Positions 63,001 through 64,000 of a stretch of DNA of 64,000 bases are shown here, piece after piece. The translations under genes and the position numbers were made by a program. The DNA is from Myxococcales bacterium (lineage in GTDB: Bacteria > Myxococcota_A > UBA9042 > JABWCM01 > BTVJ01), in the NCBI GenBank assembly GCA_045863395.1, contig BTVJ01000005.1, positions 96,001 through 160,000 of the forward strand, given 5' to 3'. The notes under the pieces were generated by a model. That model did no database searches, had not been told where the DNA came from, and saw only the letters and a program-made list of their open reading frames with translations. The stretch's first letter is position 1, and each line of letters opens with the position of its first letter.

Positions 63001-63303
63001 GACGTGCTCCGATCAGGGGGTCGAGGTCCGAGCCTCGGGGGGGTATCGGCCACCTCAGGGTAATCCTGAAGCCTCGCGCGATCAATCGAGCGCCGCGCCG
63101 TCGGGCTCCGACACCCCGACGGGGCATCGGTTCCCTCAATCCCCGACGCGCAGGAGGCCAGAACCCTGCCGGTCGCACGACGTCACCCCCGTAACCCCAG
63201 GTATCGAGGTGATGCGGGAACCCGCGCCCGGCGAAGCATCGCCCCCTGCCGGGCTTGCCACTCCTGCGCCTCAAGCTGCTAGGATGTGCGCACGGAGGAC
63301 ACC

Positions 63304-64000
63304 ATGCCGACTGCACCCATCGAGCTCTTGCCATCCGCGCCGCTGGCGTTGAGACCGACACCCATGCACCGCCTCGCGCGGTTGTCCACGGAGGTCGGCG
63401 TCGACCTCTGGGTCAAGCGTGACGACCTGACGGGGGCTGCCCTGTCCGGCAACAAGGTCCGAAAGCTGGAGCTCCTGCTCGGCGACGCCCTGGCCCACGG
63501 AGCCGACACCGTGATCACCTGCGGCGGAGCCCAGTCCAACCACGCCCGCGCCACCGCCATCGCCGCCGCGCAGCTCGGCATGAGGAGCGTCCTGATCCTC
63601 CGTGGCGCCGAGCCGGAGCGCCTGGAGGGGAACCTCCTGCTGGACCGTGTCGTCGGGGCGACGATTCGGTGGGTGACGCCGGAGCAGTACCGGGAGCGGG
63701 GCGGCGTCTTTGCAGAGGTGGAGGCGCAGGTGCGGGAGCGAGGTGGGAGACCCTACTCCATCCCCGAGGGCGGGTCGAACGCGCTCGGGGCCGTCGGCTA
63801 CGTGCGGGCATGGGACGAGATCCAGGCCCAGGCGGCCGCGGCTGGCGTCACCTTCGATGCGGTGCTGTGCGCAGTGGGCTCTGGTGGCACCCTGGCGGGG
63901 CTGGTCGCGGGAGCGAGGCGCGCCGGCTTTGGCGGCCGGGTCATCGGCGTGAACGTCTGCGACGACGCGGCGACCTTCGAGCGCATCACGTCGGCGCTCC
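63304..64000 (+). CDS. D-cysteine desulfhydrase / ACC deaminase family PLP enzyme (3' end outside the window)
   Basis: Manual translation: PTPM, LWVKRDD, SGNKVRKLE, GGAQSNHARAT, IPEGGSN, GSGGT. Confidence 0.9.
   Translation, partial: MPTAPIELLPSAPLALRPTPMHRLARLSTEVGVDLWVKRDDLTGAALSGNKVRKLELLLGDALAHGADTVITCGGAQSNHARATAIAAAQLGMRSVLILRGAEPERLEGNLLLDRVVGATIRWVTPEQYRERGGVFAEVEAQVRERGGRPYSIPEGGSNALGAVGYVRAWDEIQAQAAAAGVTFDAVLCAVGSGGTLAGLVAGARRAGFGGRVIGVNVCDDAATFERITSAL

Overview
High-GC bacterial core-genome window, most consistent with Myxococcota (Deltaproteobacteria-like). From right to left on the minus strand it holds: mreBCD-mrdA-rodA running into a sirC-ccsA-hemA-hemC-cobA/hemD tetrapyrrole cluster, then a giant TPR lipoprotein, a TPR membrane protein and a Ser/Thr kinase; dnaE; a three-gene accessory operon (outer-membrane beta-barrel plus two giant paralogous metzincin lipoproteins); proS-rlmB-add; tRNAs Thr-Tyr-Gly-Thr, tuf, rpmG, tRNA-Trp, secE, nusG, rplKAJL, rpoBC, rpsL, rpsG and fusA. 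Plus-strand genes are an Smr protein, a cytochrome P460-like lipoprotein, a PpiD-like chaperone and a partial D-cysteine desulfhydrase. I saw no mobile element, CRISPR array or rRNA. Best leads: (1) the beta-barrel plus twin metalloprotease lipoprotein operon; (2) three tandem Cys3Asp zinc-ribbon-like repeats inserted in periplasmic PBP2; (3) a ~320-nt nested multi-stem non-coding element between tRNA-Trp and secE; (4) an str-operon EF-G with degenerate domain IV tip motifs. All calls come from reading motifs by eye; no database searches were run.
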